Part shown: positions 31,421-41,607 of the stretch, piece after piece
How positions within the stretch are numbered: position 1 is the stretch's first letter
How the letters are laid out: each line of letters opens with the position of its first letter
Assembly: GCA_001805965.1 (NCBI GenBank)
Contig: MHHG01000053.1
Span: 1,512-65,511 of the forward strand
Source: Omnitrophica WOR_2 bacterium RIFOXYA2_FULL_38_17
Lineage (GTDB): Bacteria; Omnitrophota; Gorgyraeia; Zapsychrales; Zapsychraceae
DNA: 64,000 nucleotides
Direction of reading: 5' to 3'
The notes under the pieces: generated by a model
Databases searched by the model: none
The model's input: only the letters and a program-made list of their open reading frames with translations
What the model was told of the DNA's origin: nothing
Program-made: the position numbers and the translations under genes

Positions 31421-31795
31421 CTAAATATTTTTACCAAATAAAACACCTAATCGAAGCACAAAAAAACCAACTATTAAACTTATAAATACATTTAAAAAAG
31501 CCCTGCTTGTTTCACCTTCCTTCATAAGGTCAGCAGTTTCCAGGATAAAAGCTGAAAATGTAGTAAATGCTCCCAAAAAGCCTACTATTAAAAGCAGCTT
31601 TAAATTTGGTGTTAAGCAATATTTAACTTCAGATAAGTTTGCAAGAACGCCAACAATAAAACACCCCAATAAATTGACAATCATGGTACCGTAAGGAAAA
31701 TCTGATCCAGCAGATTTTAAGATCATCGTTGACAATAAAGACCTTGATACTGTACCAAATGCCCCGCCAACACATAACAAAAGAATTTTTATCAT
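31421..31795 (-). CDS. crcB: Fluoride channel CrcB/FluC
   Basis: GGAFGTVSR, PYGTMIVNLLG, GFLGAFTTFS. Confidence 0.93.
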   Translation of the reverse strand: MIKILLLCVGGAFGTVSRSLLSTMILKSAGSDFPYGTMIVNLLGCFIVGVLANLSEVKYCLTPNLKLLLIVGFLGAFTTFSAFILETADLMKEGETSRAFLNVFISLIVGFFVLRLGVLFGKNI

Positions 31796-31820
31796 AGAAT
31801 TTTTCCTCTCTAAAATAATA

Positions 31821-33125
31821 TTATATCAGAAGTGAACCTTGAGTAAAAAATATTCCTGCAACAGCTGCTGTCATTAAACATCCAAGCGTTGCAGCTATCA
31901 ACGCCCTTAGCGCAACAGACGCAATCACACCAGTTCTTGATGGCGCCAGTGCGGATATTCCTCCTACGAATATTGCCATTGAAGGCAAGTGTGCAAAGCC
32001 GCACAAAGCATATGAAGCAAGAACAAAAGACCTAGGGCTGGACAAAACATTCTCTCCCATAACCCTCGCAAGGTCCTGATAAGCAACCACTTCAGTTAAA
32101 ACAACCCTTTCCCCAATTATCTTCGAAATAATTCCGGCATCAGCGACAGGTATTCCTATCGCCAAAGTAAAAGGATAAAAAATGTGCCCGAAAATATTCT
32201 TTAATGAGAAATCAATTTCTGCACCAAATATCATGCAGATTTTGCTGCCGATATAAGCAAAACTTAAATCTATCAAAGCAACAAGCCCCAGGACTGCAAT
32301 AAGCAGCGCAGATATTCCTACTATCATCGTAACTCCGGAATTTGCTCCGTTAATAATTGCTTCAAATAAACTATTATCCCTTTCATAATAAGGCTTAATA
32401 TGCTCACCTAAAGTCTTTGGGACTTCGCTTTCCGGCATCAAGATCTTTGACATTACAAGAGCTGCGGGCGCTGAAAGAAAAGACGCCGATATCAGATGCG
32501 CCGCAATTGAAGGGAATTGATCCTGCAAAAATAATACATATAGGACTAACACGTTCGAAGCTACGGTTGCCATGCCGACTGTCAATACTGTACAAAGCTC
32601 AGATGCTGTCATGTCTTTAAGATGAGGCTTTATCGTTAAAGCAGATTCAATCCCGACAAAAATATTGCTTGCTGCAGAAAGTGATTCCGCGCCTGAGATC
32701 TTCATTAATTTTGTAAAAACATAAGCAAACCCACGTATAATTATAGGCATTATGTTTAAAAAATATAATATTGATATCAACGAAGAAAAGAAAATAATCG
32801 TCGGAAAAGCTTGAAAGGCTAAAATAAAACCAAGTGAAGTTTCGCCGCTTGCATTAACCTGCCCGGGACCCAACGCAAGCCTGCCAAAAAGAAAATGCGC
32901 GCCTGCTGTTGATGAGTTCAATATCTTTATTACAATATCATTCAAGAACAAAAAGATCTTTGAGCCTGCAGGCACAATAAATATAAATAAGGCCATCGCA
33001 AGCTGAATTACGATACCCCAAAATATCAATGACCAGTTCATTCTCTTTCTATCTGAAGAAAAACACCATGCAAATAAAAGTAAGGCTAACATTCCGCAAA
33101 AGCTAATAAAATTATAAATATCCAT
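31821..33125 (-). CDS. CNT/NupC nucleoside transporter
   Basis: PTIIFFSSL, SGAESLSAASNIFVG, YALCGFAH. Confidence 0.92.
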   Translation of the reverse strand: MDIYNFISFCGMLALLLFAWCFSSDRKRMNWSLIFWGIVIQLAMALFIFIVPAGSKIFLFLNDIVIKILNSSTAGAHFLFGRLALGPGQVNASGETSLGFILAFQAFPTIIFFSSLISILYFLNIMPIIIRGFAYVFTKLMKISGAESLSAASNIFVGIESALTIKPHLKDMTASELCTVLTVGMATVASNVLVLYVLFLQDQFPSIAAHLISASFLSAPAALVMSKILMPESEVPKTLGEHIKPYYERDNSLFEAIINGANSGVTMIVGISALLIAVLGLVALIDLSFAYIGSKICMIFGAEIDFSLKNIFGHIFYPFTLAIGIPVADAGIISKIIGERVVLTEVVAYQDLARVMGENVLSSPRSFVLASYALCGFAHLPSMAIFVGGISALAPSRTGVIASVALRALIAATLGCLMTAAVAGIFFTQGSLLI

Positions 33126-33147
33126 TTCTCAGCCTCTCTTGTAAAAA

Positions 33148-34146
33148 CTACTCTTGGGCCCCTTTTTCCTTTAAATAATCAATTATCCGCTGATCACCAG
33201 ATTTTACTGCCAGCATTAACGGGGTCATTTTAAACATGCCGGTCAAATAAACATCTGCGCCATTCTCAATCAATATCTTTACTATCTCAAGCTGGTTTAA
33301 AAAATCTTCATTGGCATTACTAATCGCCTCGGAAAGCGCTGTATAGCCATTTTCATTTATCAAATTAACTTCTGCCCCGCGTCCGATCAAAAATTTAACC
33401 ATGTCTGCCTGCCCCCACCAGCTGGCCTCCATCAACAAAGTCTTACTTTGATAAGGCCCTGGAGCATTGATATCAGCTCCATTCGCTAACAGATATTCAA
33501 CAACATCTTTGCGGCCGGACCTTGCTGATAAAAATATTGCACTTTTTGATAACTCTCCTCTTTTTTTCATTAAATATTTCAAAATATCCAAATTTCCCGA
33601 ATATGCTGCAATATCAGCAGCGGTCTCAGGCTCTTCTGGCAAACGCGACCACCCTTTTTCATTTACTTTGGCTCCTTTTTGTATCAGCAATTTCACAAGA
33701 TCCAGATTACCTTTATATACAGCAGTCATTAATGGCGTCCAGTTCCAGTTAACAGATATCCCGTGCATAATTAGCTGTAAACCCTTAACATTGACTTCCG
33801 CTCCTGCTTTAATTAAAACTTCTGCTGCTTCCATGTTTTCAAGGGCTATGGCATTGATAAGAACTGAATTTGAGAAAGAGCTGACATGATCAACATCAGC
33901 GCCTTCCTTTATCAAATATTCTATCATCTTGATCTTGTTACCAGCAACTGCTGCTCCAAGAGCTTGATCAAGCTTATGCTGATCAGACTCTTGAGCCAGA
34001 AGGGCCTTGACAACTTCGATATTTCCGCTTCTAGCTGCAGAAAACAAACCACCTTCTTCGTATTGGGCAATTACTGTCTTAGGCAAGTAAAAGAAAAATG
34101 TTGAAAATAAAATGGCCTGAATGAGTACAAACTTTGTTTGATGCAT
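33148..34146 (-). CDS. Exported ankyrin-repeat protein
   Basis: Signal peptide; multiple TPLMxA...LI..GA.VN repeats. Confidence 0.88.
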   Translation of the reverse strand: MHQTKFVLIQAILFSTFFFYLPKTVIAQYEEGGLFSAARSGNIEVVKALLAQESDQHKLDQALGAAVAGNKIKMIEYLIKEGADVDHVSSFSNSVLINAIALENMEAAEVLIKAGAEVNVKGLQLIMHGISVNWNWTPLMTAVYKGNLDLVKLLIQKGAKVNEKGWSRLPEEPETAADIAAYSGNLDILKYLMKKRGELSKSAIFLSARSGRKDVVEYLLANGADINAPGPYQSKTLLMEASWWGQADMVKFLIGRGAEVNLINENGYTALSEAISNANEDFLNQLEIVKILIENGADVYLTGMFKMTPLMLAVKSGDQRIIDYLKEKGAQE

Positions 34147-34184
34147 AAATGATTATTTCAAAACTTTATTAAATAATTAAAACC

Positions 34185-34628
34185 TTAAGGTGTGAAGGGC
34201 AAATTAATTGACTGATTGTTGTTAACAGCAATATTGATCTCTTTTCTGATCACGCTCAGTAATTTCCTTTGATGAAGAGGCTTTGCAAAGGCACGGAATA
34301 AACGGCCATCTACATCTATTTTTTCATCTCCCTTATCCATCTCAACACCCATTGTAACTGTTATACATACGATCGGAATGCCTTTTATCTCAGGATCATT
34401 AACTATCCGCCTTATTACCTGAACACCATTAATATCAGGTAGCATAAGGTCCATCAATACAAGATCCGGCTTTTCAGCTTTTGTCATATTAAAGCCATCT
34501 TCGCCGGTCCTTGCACATATAGAAACATAGCCATCCATCTTTAGCCATTTTTCCAGTACCTTTACCATGCTTGGGTCATCATCAACAATAAGTATTTTTC
34601 TTAGAACTTTAGGCATTTTGCGTCCCAA
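34185..34628 (-). CDS. Single-domain response regulator
   Basis: ILIVDDD, LMDLMLP, CIT, AKP; likely start MPKV. Confidence 0.88.
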   Translation of the reverse strand: MGRKMPKVLRKILIVDDDPSMVKVLEKWLKMDGYVSICARTGEDGFNMTKAEKPDLVLMDLMLPDINGVQVIRRIVNDPEIKGIPIVCITVTMGVEMDKGDEKIDVDGRLFRAFAKPLHQRKLLSVIRKEINIAVNNNQSINLPFTP

Positions 34629-34748
34629 AACAATTCATTAACTATCTAATACTAATAAAAATCTTAACATGGAATAAGTTCATCAGCCACTTCTTTTCAA
34701 GAATTCTACGTTAAGCCGTCTGAAAATCCCAACTATAATTCATCGCAT

Positions 34749-37700
34749 TTAATGCGCCAAAAGCATAGCGGCATTGGAAATCGGTACTATCTGAATTATC
34801 ATCGGAGAAAAACCCAATATCGTCATATTTTCATATCCATTCATATCAAAACTGAATTCAAATCCAAAGCCGTCTCCTCTTGTTTCAATCTCCAGATTCC
34901 TAGTATCAAGGTCAATACCGCCAACTCTTTTTTCTTCCACTACGTCAGTAACATTTCCTTGGACCAGAACTTCTTTTAGTCCTTGTTGCATAAACAAACT
35001 TATGGTATTTATAAAATCTTTTCTTGCTTTAAGCTTATCCCGGGAGTCTCCCCATTCCCTTCGTTGAAATTCGGTTCTATCAGCTAGCTCCACAGCAACT
35101 GTAGCAAGCTCCAAGGACATAGATGCATCTGTCATTCCAATTAAAATATACTCTCCTTCGACATTCTTGCTTCCCTGAGAAAAGAAAAATCCGAAATTAA
35201 TATCTTTAAAAGATAATTGATCGACCAAAGCATTTCTCATCATTTTATATTTTTGCCCACTTCCAACATATTCATCTAAGAAAAGCACTCTTTGATTATA
35301 TCTAATATCATCATAATCCAAGCCCTCTTCATCTAATGCTATTCTTAACACTTCATCTTTCTTCCACGCAGGCACAACCATATCATAAGAAACCTGATCT
35401 TTATAAAGTGTTTTGTTAACCTCTCCACTCAAAGCAACAACTCGCGGCCTTTTTTCGGTTGGGAACAAATTGTCCCATGTAAGTTCAAACATCGTTTTAC
35501 TTAACATGGAGCTATAACCAGAAATTAATACAATGTCCAAACCTTCCAGCTTATCATGAACCTGCATTACGAGACTCTTTGCAGCTCTAATTATTTTTAA
35601 TCCGGATTCCTCATCTATCCCTACCGAAGCTGCTAATGCAGCAAATTCTCCTCCTAAGATTGCTGAATCCTTATTTTCAACGACTGTAAATTCAACATCT
35701 ACACTAGAACCTTCAGCATAATTGACCCTTGATATCTTAGGTAAAGTAACAGTAAAAGTTGTACTATCCGGCTGGCTGTCTAAGCCTAATACCCCTCCCA
35801 ACTGGTCAACTCTTCCCTGGACTAATTGCAATCCATAGCCAGATCCACCCTGAACACCTGCACCTTTCTCTTCAGTCAACCCTCCCGTAGTTATAAGTTT
35901 TAATAGTCCAGCCTGAAGCTGTACAATAGCATCAACATCATTTTCTGATACAGGCTCAAATCCTTCCATAAGACCATAAAAATCGCCAAAATATAATTTC
36001 CCATCCTCTTTATTAGAAAATAATGTATTATTTCTTGCAGCTGCCTTTGCTTTTGAGATCAATTTATTCCAGTTTATCCCTCCAAGATTAGCAACTTTAA
36101 ACCTTACACCCTGGTCATCTGTCGGTTCAAAACGGACAATTATATCCCCTTCTTTCTGAGCCTCAACAGCATTATCAATAAGTTCATTTGCTATCTCTGC
36201 AAAAAGATATTTTATTCTTCCAGCCACATCTTTAGAAAAACTGCCCGTAATCGGATTAACATAAATATCCCCTTTGATAGAATAACGATTATTGACAGAT
36301 CCCCTTACTCCGCTTAAGATTGCATCCTTTGCACTAAATGATTTTATTGAATCACTATCCATTTTGTCATTCTCATCACCGAGAACTGAAGTGTCAGCAT
36401 AACCATCCCTCGATACCCTGTAATAGAACAAACGTCCTGCATACCAGGCTTCCGGTGAACTATAATTCTCTTCAACCACTCTTTGAGTCCTGAATTGACT
36501 TGAATCAATCGTAACAGGCCCAAACCCGCTAATTATGGTCGTTCTTATTTCACCGTCAGCAGATAAAATAGAAAACAGGTCTTCAAGATGCTGTGTAACT
36601 TCCGCTCTCGGACCATCCCTAAAGTAGTGGCTAAGACCAAGATTACTGTAAATCAAACCTATCTTTTTATTTATTCCTGCATCATTCATTAATTTCTCAT
36701 AAATTGCTTTAAAATTTTTTGGAGTATCTAATATAAAAGTCACGCTTTTCGGAGCATTATGCCAGCTTTCCGGGATCTGATTGGCGAAGGCAATTATCTT
36801 TACATTCCGAATCCCTTTGGCCTCTAGCTCTCGAGCTAGCCCAATCACCCCTACTGCATCACCCGCCCCCCAATCCACAACAACGATCGGCTCAGCATCA
36901 ACATCTGTGCTGGCGCCTAACTCATAAAGCTTACTCATTATTCCATATCTTCCATTGAGCGTTGCAAAAGATGTATCAGTCTTTGCCCAGCTCCTTCCTG
37001 TATCATGTATGGTAATAACACCATTTTCATCCCTGACCTCATAAAATGAACGCGTAGTTAATATTTTCTGGAAATCATCATCTAATAGAGTTGAATAGAT
37101 CTTTGCTCCTCCATCTAAGTCTGCCACTTTCACTTCAGACAACATAGATCTATCTGGCCTTAATCCTGCTTCATTCTGAATAACAGGAAGAGTTATTCTA
37201 AATATTGCACCAGCTTCAATCTCCCCGTTTTCCTTTGCTTGACTCCAGTTCTCAGCACTTATCTTCCCGCCATGATTCTCAATTATTCTTTTACTAATAG
37301 CTAATCCAACACCCGTTCCAAACTCACCTTTTGTAGAAACAAAATCTTCAAAAATACTATTAGGATCTTCTAATTTAATTCCTCCGCCAGTGTCCTTGAT
37401 AAACAATTCAACCATATCTTTATTCTGGGAAAGTCTTGATCCTAACTCAATTCGCCCCCCATCTTTCATTGTTTCATTTGCATTCTTTAAAATATTTATA
37501 AAAACTTCTGTCATCCTCAGATCATCAACTTCCAACGACAATCCATCAGCTTCAAGATTAACAAAATCCTTATTAATAACGATCTCACCTCTAGCAATTC
37601 TTTCAACCATTCTTTGTATACCAGAAGCAGAAGCTGGCACGGAATTAATAGAATGAGCAAAAATAAACTCAACATCAACTTTCCGCTTATTTAATTTATT

Positions 37701-39356
37701 ATCAAGCACCCTATTTAAGTACTCAACAAAATGTTCATACGAAGTAAGCATTGTGGAAATATATTTTTGATATATATTGCCCTTATCCTTTCCTTCAAAA
37801 ACAGTACTTAAACTTTTCAGAACAGCCTCTAATCCCTGTTTTTCCTCGTTAATCCTATTTCTAAATTGTTCGAATGCCCGATACATTTGTATATTATCGT
37901 GGATCCCATCTTTAGGCTTAAATATCCCCTGAAGATTCGGGTTTATTGATAACATAAAATCAAATGCTCTTTTAAAGTCTTCATTTCCATCAATAAGACC
38001 TTTGTTGTCCTGATAAATTATCTGTCTGAACCCAGCAATTGCCTGAGCGAAATTGTTCACTTCATGGAACAGATAATGTCTCATCTCCCACAAACTACTG
38101 CCCAAAGAATTCGCTTGCTCTGCGTTAAGCATTGAAGTGTCTTTTGTTCTATTAGAAGAATTCTGATCAACTTCCGGCACCACGTTGATCTGTGCAATTA
38201 ACGGCGATCTAGCATTTATATTTTCTGGTCTTCCATTTTCTTCAACAATATTACCTACTTTTGTAAGAACTGTTCCTCCTGAAAAATACTTTCTAGGAAT
38301 TATCTGTTGTGTTGTATAGTCATATTCTTCTTTAATGTAATCATAGACACCATCTTTGAATGCCTTTAAATACTCCTGGTATATTTTCTCTTTGACTTCT
38401 TTATCATCAACATCAACACCTTCTATCTTATTCTGATCAAGATAAATACGTCCGAACATGCTTTCTTTTAAGTTGCGCTTAAACCAGGTTGCCAATATTA
38501 GAGAATTATAAATTTGACGAAGAGCTGCAAAATTTTTGCCTTCATTTACTTCCTCTTCAATCGCAGGGATTACTACCTCCCTCAATATTTGAGTTGATAG
38601 CTTAACCTTTTCATCTTTATTTTCTTGGCGCTCTTCTCCCTGCTCATTTTCATTAGGTTCCCCAATACCTTTTTGATGAGACATGGCTAAATAGTCTTCC
38701 TCTAACATTACCTTCAGCCTGCTGTTGGTAACATAGGCAACCTCTCCATATTCATAGATCACAGCTCTTTCGGGTATGATCCATATCTTATTAAAGGTCT
38801 CAACCGGAATATCCGTTGTGCCAAACTTCTCCTGAGCTTCCGAGTAGACCCTCTCCCAGAACTTACTGCCAATTTCATCTTCCGGATAAAGCAAAGAAGA
38901 AGTTAATTGTTTTAAAATATAATCCTGAGCCAAAAGGTCCCGGCCCATCTCGGTTTCACCAAAAATTTTTGGGATTATGCGATCTTTTTCATATGGGGAT
39001 AAGTTGACCCAAAGATCATCATCCGGGATTGTTAATGAGGCAAGGAAGTATTTTACTAATTTTGAAACCTCAGCTTCAAGCTCATCACCTTGAACTGCAG
39101 AATCACCTTTATCGATAATAAAATCAAATTTAAAAGGTTCTTCTGGATAGATCTTTATTCCTTTTAAAATGACTGGAATATATGGAGGAGTTAAATAAAC
39201 CATGGAATTGGTCAAGGCCAATTCAGAAAAAACCTGGGCTTGCGCCTGACCGATAGGCACAACCATCAATTGAAGGGAAATTACTACAAATAAGATCCAT
39301 GTTTTAGCTCTACAAAAAATAGATCTCAACTTATTCATTTGTTTGGTAATAAACAT
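34749..39356 (-). CDS. 1535-aa signal-peptide multi-domain protein: N-terminal domain, His kinase, SAM-MTase-like, HATPase-like, PRTase-like, GGIDL tail
   Basis: One open frame. Motifs FHEVNN / NILKNA / DTGGGI / GTGVGLAI; VVDWGAGDA; NELIDNA...GSGYGL; VLFLDEYVGSG; GGIDL...FSPMIIQIVP. Confidence 0.8.
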   Translation of the reverse strand: MFITKQMNKLRSIFCRAKTWILFVVISLQLMVVPIGQAQAQVFSELALTNSMVYLTPPYIPVILKGIKIYPEEPFKFDFIIDKGDSAVQGDELEAEVSKLVKYFLASLTIPDDDLWVNLSPYEKDRIIPKIFGETEMGRDLLAQDYILKQLTSSLLYPEDEIGSKFWERVYSEAQEKFGTTDIPVETFNKIWIIPERAVIYEYGEVAYVTNSRLKVMLEEDYLAMSHQKGIGEPNENEQGEERQENKDEKVKLSTQILREVVIPAIEEEVNEGKNFAALRQIYNSLILATWFKRNLKESMFGRIYLDQNKIEGVDVDDKEVKEKIYQEYLKAFKDGVYDYIKEEYDYTTQQIIPRKYFSGGTVLTKVGNIVEENGRPENINARSPLIAQINVVPEVDQNSSNRTKDTSMLNAEQANSLGSSLWEMRHYLFHEVNNFAQAIAGFRQIIYQDNKGLIDGNEDFKRAFDFMLSINPNLQGIFKPKDGIHDNIQMYRAFEQFRNRINEEKQGLEAVLKSLSTVFEGKDKGNIYQKYISTMLTSYEHFVEYLNRVLDNKLNKRKVDVEFIFAHSINSVPASASGIQRMVERIARGEIVINKDFVNLEADGLSLEVDDLRMTEVFINILKNANETMKDGGRIELGSRLSQNKDMVELFIKDTGGGIKLEDPNSIFEDFVSTKGEFGTGVGLAISKRIIENHGGKISAENWSQAKENGEIEAGAIFRITLPVIQNEAGLRPDRSMLSEVKVADLDGGAKIYSTLLDDDFQKILTTRSFYEVRDENGVITIHDTGRSWAKTDTSFATLNGRYGIMSKLYELGASTDVDAEPIVVVDWGAGDAVGVIGLARELEAKGIRNVKIIAFANQIPESWHNAPKSVTFILDTPKNFKAIYEKLMNDAGINKKIGLIYSNLGLSHYFRDGPRAEVTQHLEDLFSILSADGEIRTTIISGFGPVTIDSSQFRTQRVVEENYSSPEAWYAGRLFYYRVSRDGYADTSVLGDENDKMDSDSIKSFSAKDAILSGVRGSVNNRYSIKGDIYVNPITGSFSKDVAGRIKYLFAEIANELIDNAVEAQKEGDIIVRFEPTDDQGVRFKVANLGGINWNKLISKAKAAARNNTLFSNKEDGKLYFGDFYGLMEGFEPVSENDVDAIVQLQAGLLKLITTGGLTEEKGAGVQGGSGYGLQLVQGRVDQLGGVLGLDSQPDSTTFTVTLPKISRVNYAEGSSVDVEFTVVENKDSAILGGEFAALAASVGIDEESGLKIIRAAKSLVMQVHDKLEGLDIVLISGYSSMLSKTMFELTWDNLFPTEKRPRVVALSGEVNKTLYKDQVSYDMVVPAWKKDEVLRIALDEEGLDYDDIRYNQRVLFLDEYVGSGQKYKMMRNALVDQLSFKDINFGFFFSQGSKNVEGEYILIGMTDASMSLELATVAVELADRTEFQRREWGDSRDKLKARKDFINTISLFMQQGLKEVLVQGNVTDVVEEKRVGGIDLDTRNLEIETRGDGFGFEFSFDMNGYENMTILGFSPMIIQIVPISNAAMLLAH

Positions 39357-39467
39357 AATTAAACTAATTAAGATTAATAATAATAGAAAATAAAATTTAT
39401 ATAAAAAGTATACAATATATTATTTTTTATTACCAATTAACGGAAAAAAGAGGAAAAAAAAGAGTTT

Positions 39468-39950
39468 TTAGTCAAGCAACTTTCGCCATTGTTTTAGTTT
39501 CCAAGCAAGCGGTTTGGCAAAAGCAGGGCTCGTAGATGGCAGGTATTCAACAGGCATATTGATATGAGAAAAGTGCTTCTTGAACAATGTTAGTGATGTC
39601 TTGCCATTGCAAAACACCTTTTTGATATTTGGATAATCATTAAAATATGCCTCAAAATCATTCATTCTTGCATTCCTGATCATACTGTCAGAAGACGTTT
39701 TAGGCCTACGGCAACTATGAATTACATCCCACAATGCAACACGATTCTTTTGAAGAACTTTCACTCTTTCTTCATAGCTATCAGCAAAATCGGTTTTTGT
39801 TATTTTTGCAATGATTTTCCAAAAATGATTTTGTGAATGTCCATAATATTGGCTTAGCTCTAAAGACCTGACACCGGGCATAGAACCCAAAACAAGCACT
39901 TTTGATTTCTTATTTACAATAGGTGGGAAACCAACAATTATATCTTGCAT
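39468..39950 (-). CDS. UDG-superfamily DNA glycosylase (hypoxanthine/deoxyinosine-type)
   Basis: LGSMPG..SL...QYY.H..N.FW, LWDV, FCNG, LPSTSPA. Confidence 0.88.
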   Translation of the reverse strand: MQDIIVGFPPIVNKKSKVLVLGSMPGVRSLELSQYYGHSQNHFWKIIAKITKTDFADSYEERVKVLQKNRVALWDVIHSCRRPKTSSDSMIRNARMNDFEAYFNDYPNIKKVFCNGKTSLTLFKKHFSHINMPVEYLPSTSPAFAKPLAWKLKQWRKLLD

Positions 39951-39956
39951 TTTAAT

Positions 39957-41597
39957 TTATGATACAGCTTCAATATATAAGCCTTTAGGAATAGTAAAAT
40001 GAAACGCAGCACCTTTTCCTTCTTCTGAATCTATCCAAATAGTGCCACCATGAGAATCAACCACTGCTTTAACAATGCTCAAGCCGGCTCCGGAGCCAAC
40101 ATAATCTTTTGCACTATGCAGCCTTGCAAATATTTCAAAAACTTTCTCCTGATCTTCTTTTGCAATACCAATACCATTATCAGTTACTACAAATTCATAC
40201 GACTTTTCATGCTCAAAATGACCGACCGTGACAATTGGATGAATATCTTTGTTCTTTGAAGAGAATTTAATTGCATTGTTAATAAGGTTTAAAAATGCCT
40301 CTCCTATTTTTATCCTGTCGCAAATTATAGTAGGCAGATTTTCAGGAATAACCATTTCGACATTATATTGTTTAATATCAAATTCTAACCTCTCGCATAT
40401 ATTCACAACAACCTGATGAATATCAACTTTCTCATAAGGATTTTTGACCCTGGTTATTCTTGTCAAGGCAAGCAAATCTTCGATCAAATTATTCAATCTC
40501 GTAACTGACCTGCGAATACCTGAAATGCACTCCATCGCCTTATCATCTAATTTCCCCTTATAATGTTTTTCTAAAAATGCGCCATAACCTGATATTCCTG
40601 TGAGCGGGGCACGCAAGTCATGGCTTACCGTGTGGACAAACCCATCCAATTCTTTATTAACTTTCTGAAGGTCCTGCTTCTGACCTTCCGTCACTTTCAG
40701 ATTTTCTAAAAGCATAATCCTTTTTTCTTCTAGTTTATCGGTAAACTCTGTCAGCTTTTCACCCATAGTAACAAAAGCAGTAGAAACTTCGCCAATTTCG
40801 TCTTTTTGAATATTGTCTATTTCCACTTCAAACTTTCCTTTACCCACTTGCTGAGCAACATTTACAAGTTTCTTTAAAGGCCTGGCAATACTTCTTATAA
40901 GAGCAAAAGATATTATAGAACTGATCACTATGCTCAAAACAAAGCTTACCCATAAGACTTTCCTTGCAACCTTCTCTTCCTGATTAGCAATTTCCAAAGA
41001 CCTCTTTGAGAACTCCCTTATTTCCAACATCATTGATTCAAGCTTTAAAGAAAGTCTTTTTTCACTTCTTTTTATCTCGTCGATATCTTCAAATGACAAT
41101 TCATACTCAGTTTTTTCTATCATGCCAAATATTTTAAAGATAACCGCATCATAGCTAATAAGGGATTCTTCTATCTTTTTTATGATCAGCCTGGCATTCT
41201 CCAGTTCAACCTTCTTTTGTTCTGATAAAGTATTAGTGAATTCTTCTTCAATCATGTTCTTTGCATCAATAATATTAGCTGCTGCCTGCTCGCCAATTTT
41301 ATTAAATCCTTCTCGCAGTAGCCCAATATGTTCCAGCAAATACCTTTTGCGTATTTCCGTGACATTTTCAAATGCGACTTCTTCCGCGATCCTTAAAACC
41401 CTCTCGAATAAGATTACTTTTTTGTGCTGGTAATTATTTATTGAAGTAACAACTTCTGTTAAGGCCATGTCCCTTTTAACAACATTTCTCAGCTCAAAAC
41501 CTATCTTTGAAAGTTGACTCAAACCTATAATAGTGTTACATCCTAAAACTGTAAGAAGGAAGAGAATAAAGACTGAAATTTTATTGGATATTTTCAT
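39957..41597 (-). CDS. Membrane sensor histidine kinase (periplasmic 4-helix domain, HAMP, HisKA, HATPase)
   Basis: Two TMs; VSHDLRAPL, NLINNAIKF, DNGIGI, GSGAGL. Confidence 0.92.
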   Translation of the reverse strand: MKISNKISVFILFLLTVLGCNTIIGLSQLSKIGFELRNVVKRDMALTEVVTSINNYQHKKVILFERVLRIAEEVAFENVTEIRKRYLLEHIGLLREGFNKIGEQAAANIIDAKNMIEEEFTNTLSEQKKVELENARLIIKKIEESLISYDAVIFKIFGMIEKTEYELSFEDIDEIKRSEKRLSLKLESMMLEIREFSKRSLEIANQEEKVARKVLWVSFVLSIVISSIISFALIRSIARPLKKLVNVAQQVGKGKFEVEIDNIQKDEIGEVSTAFVTMGEKLTEFTDKLEEKRIMLLENLKVTEGQKQDLQKVNKELDGFVHTVSHDLRAPLTGISGYGAFLEKHYKGKLDDKAMECISGIRRSVTRLNNLIEDLLALTRITRVKNPYEKVDIHQVVVNICERLEFDIKQYNVEMVIPENLPTIICDRIKIGEAFLNLINNAIKFSSKNKDIHPIVTVGHFEHEKSYEFVVTDNGIGIAKEDQEKVFEIFARLHSAKDYVGSGAGLSIVKAVVDSHGGTIWIDSEEGKGAAFHFTIPKGLYIEAVS

Positions 41598-41607
41598 TTA
41601 ACCTTGT

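Noticed and set aside
31796-31820. Fluoride riboswitch before crcB
   Set aside because: Only 25 nt separate nupC from crcB, and no riboswitch consensus is visible.
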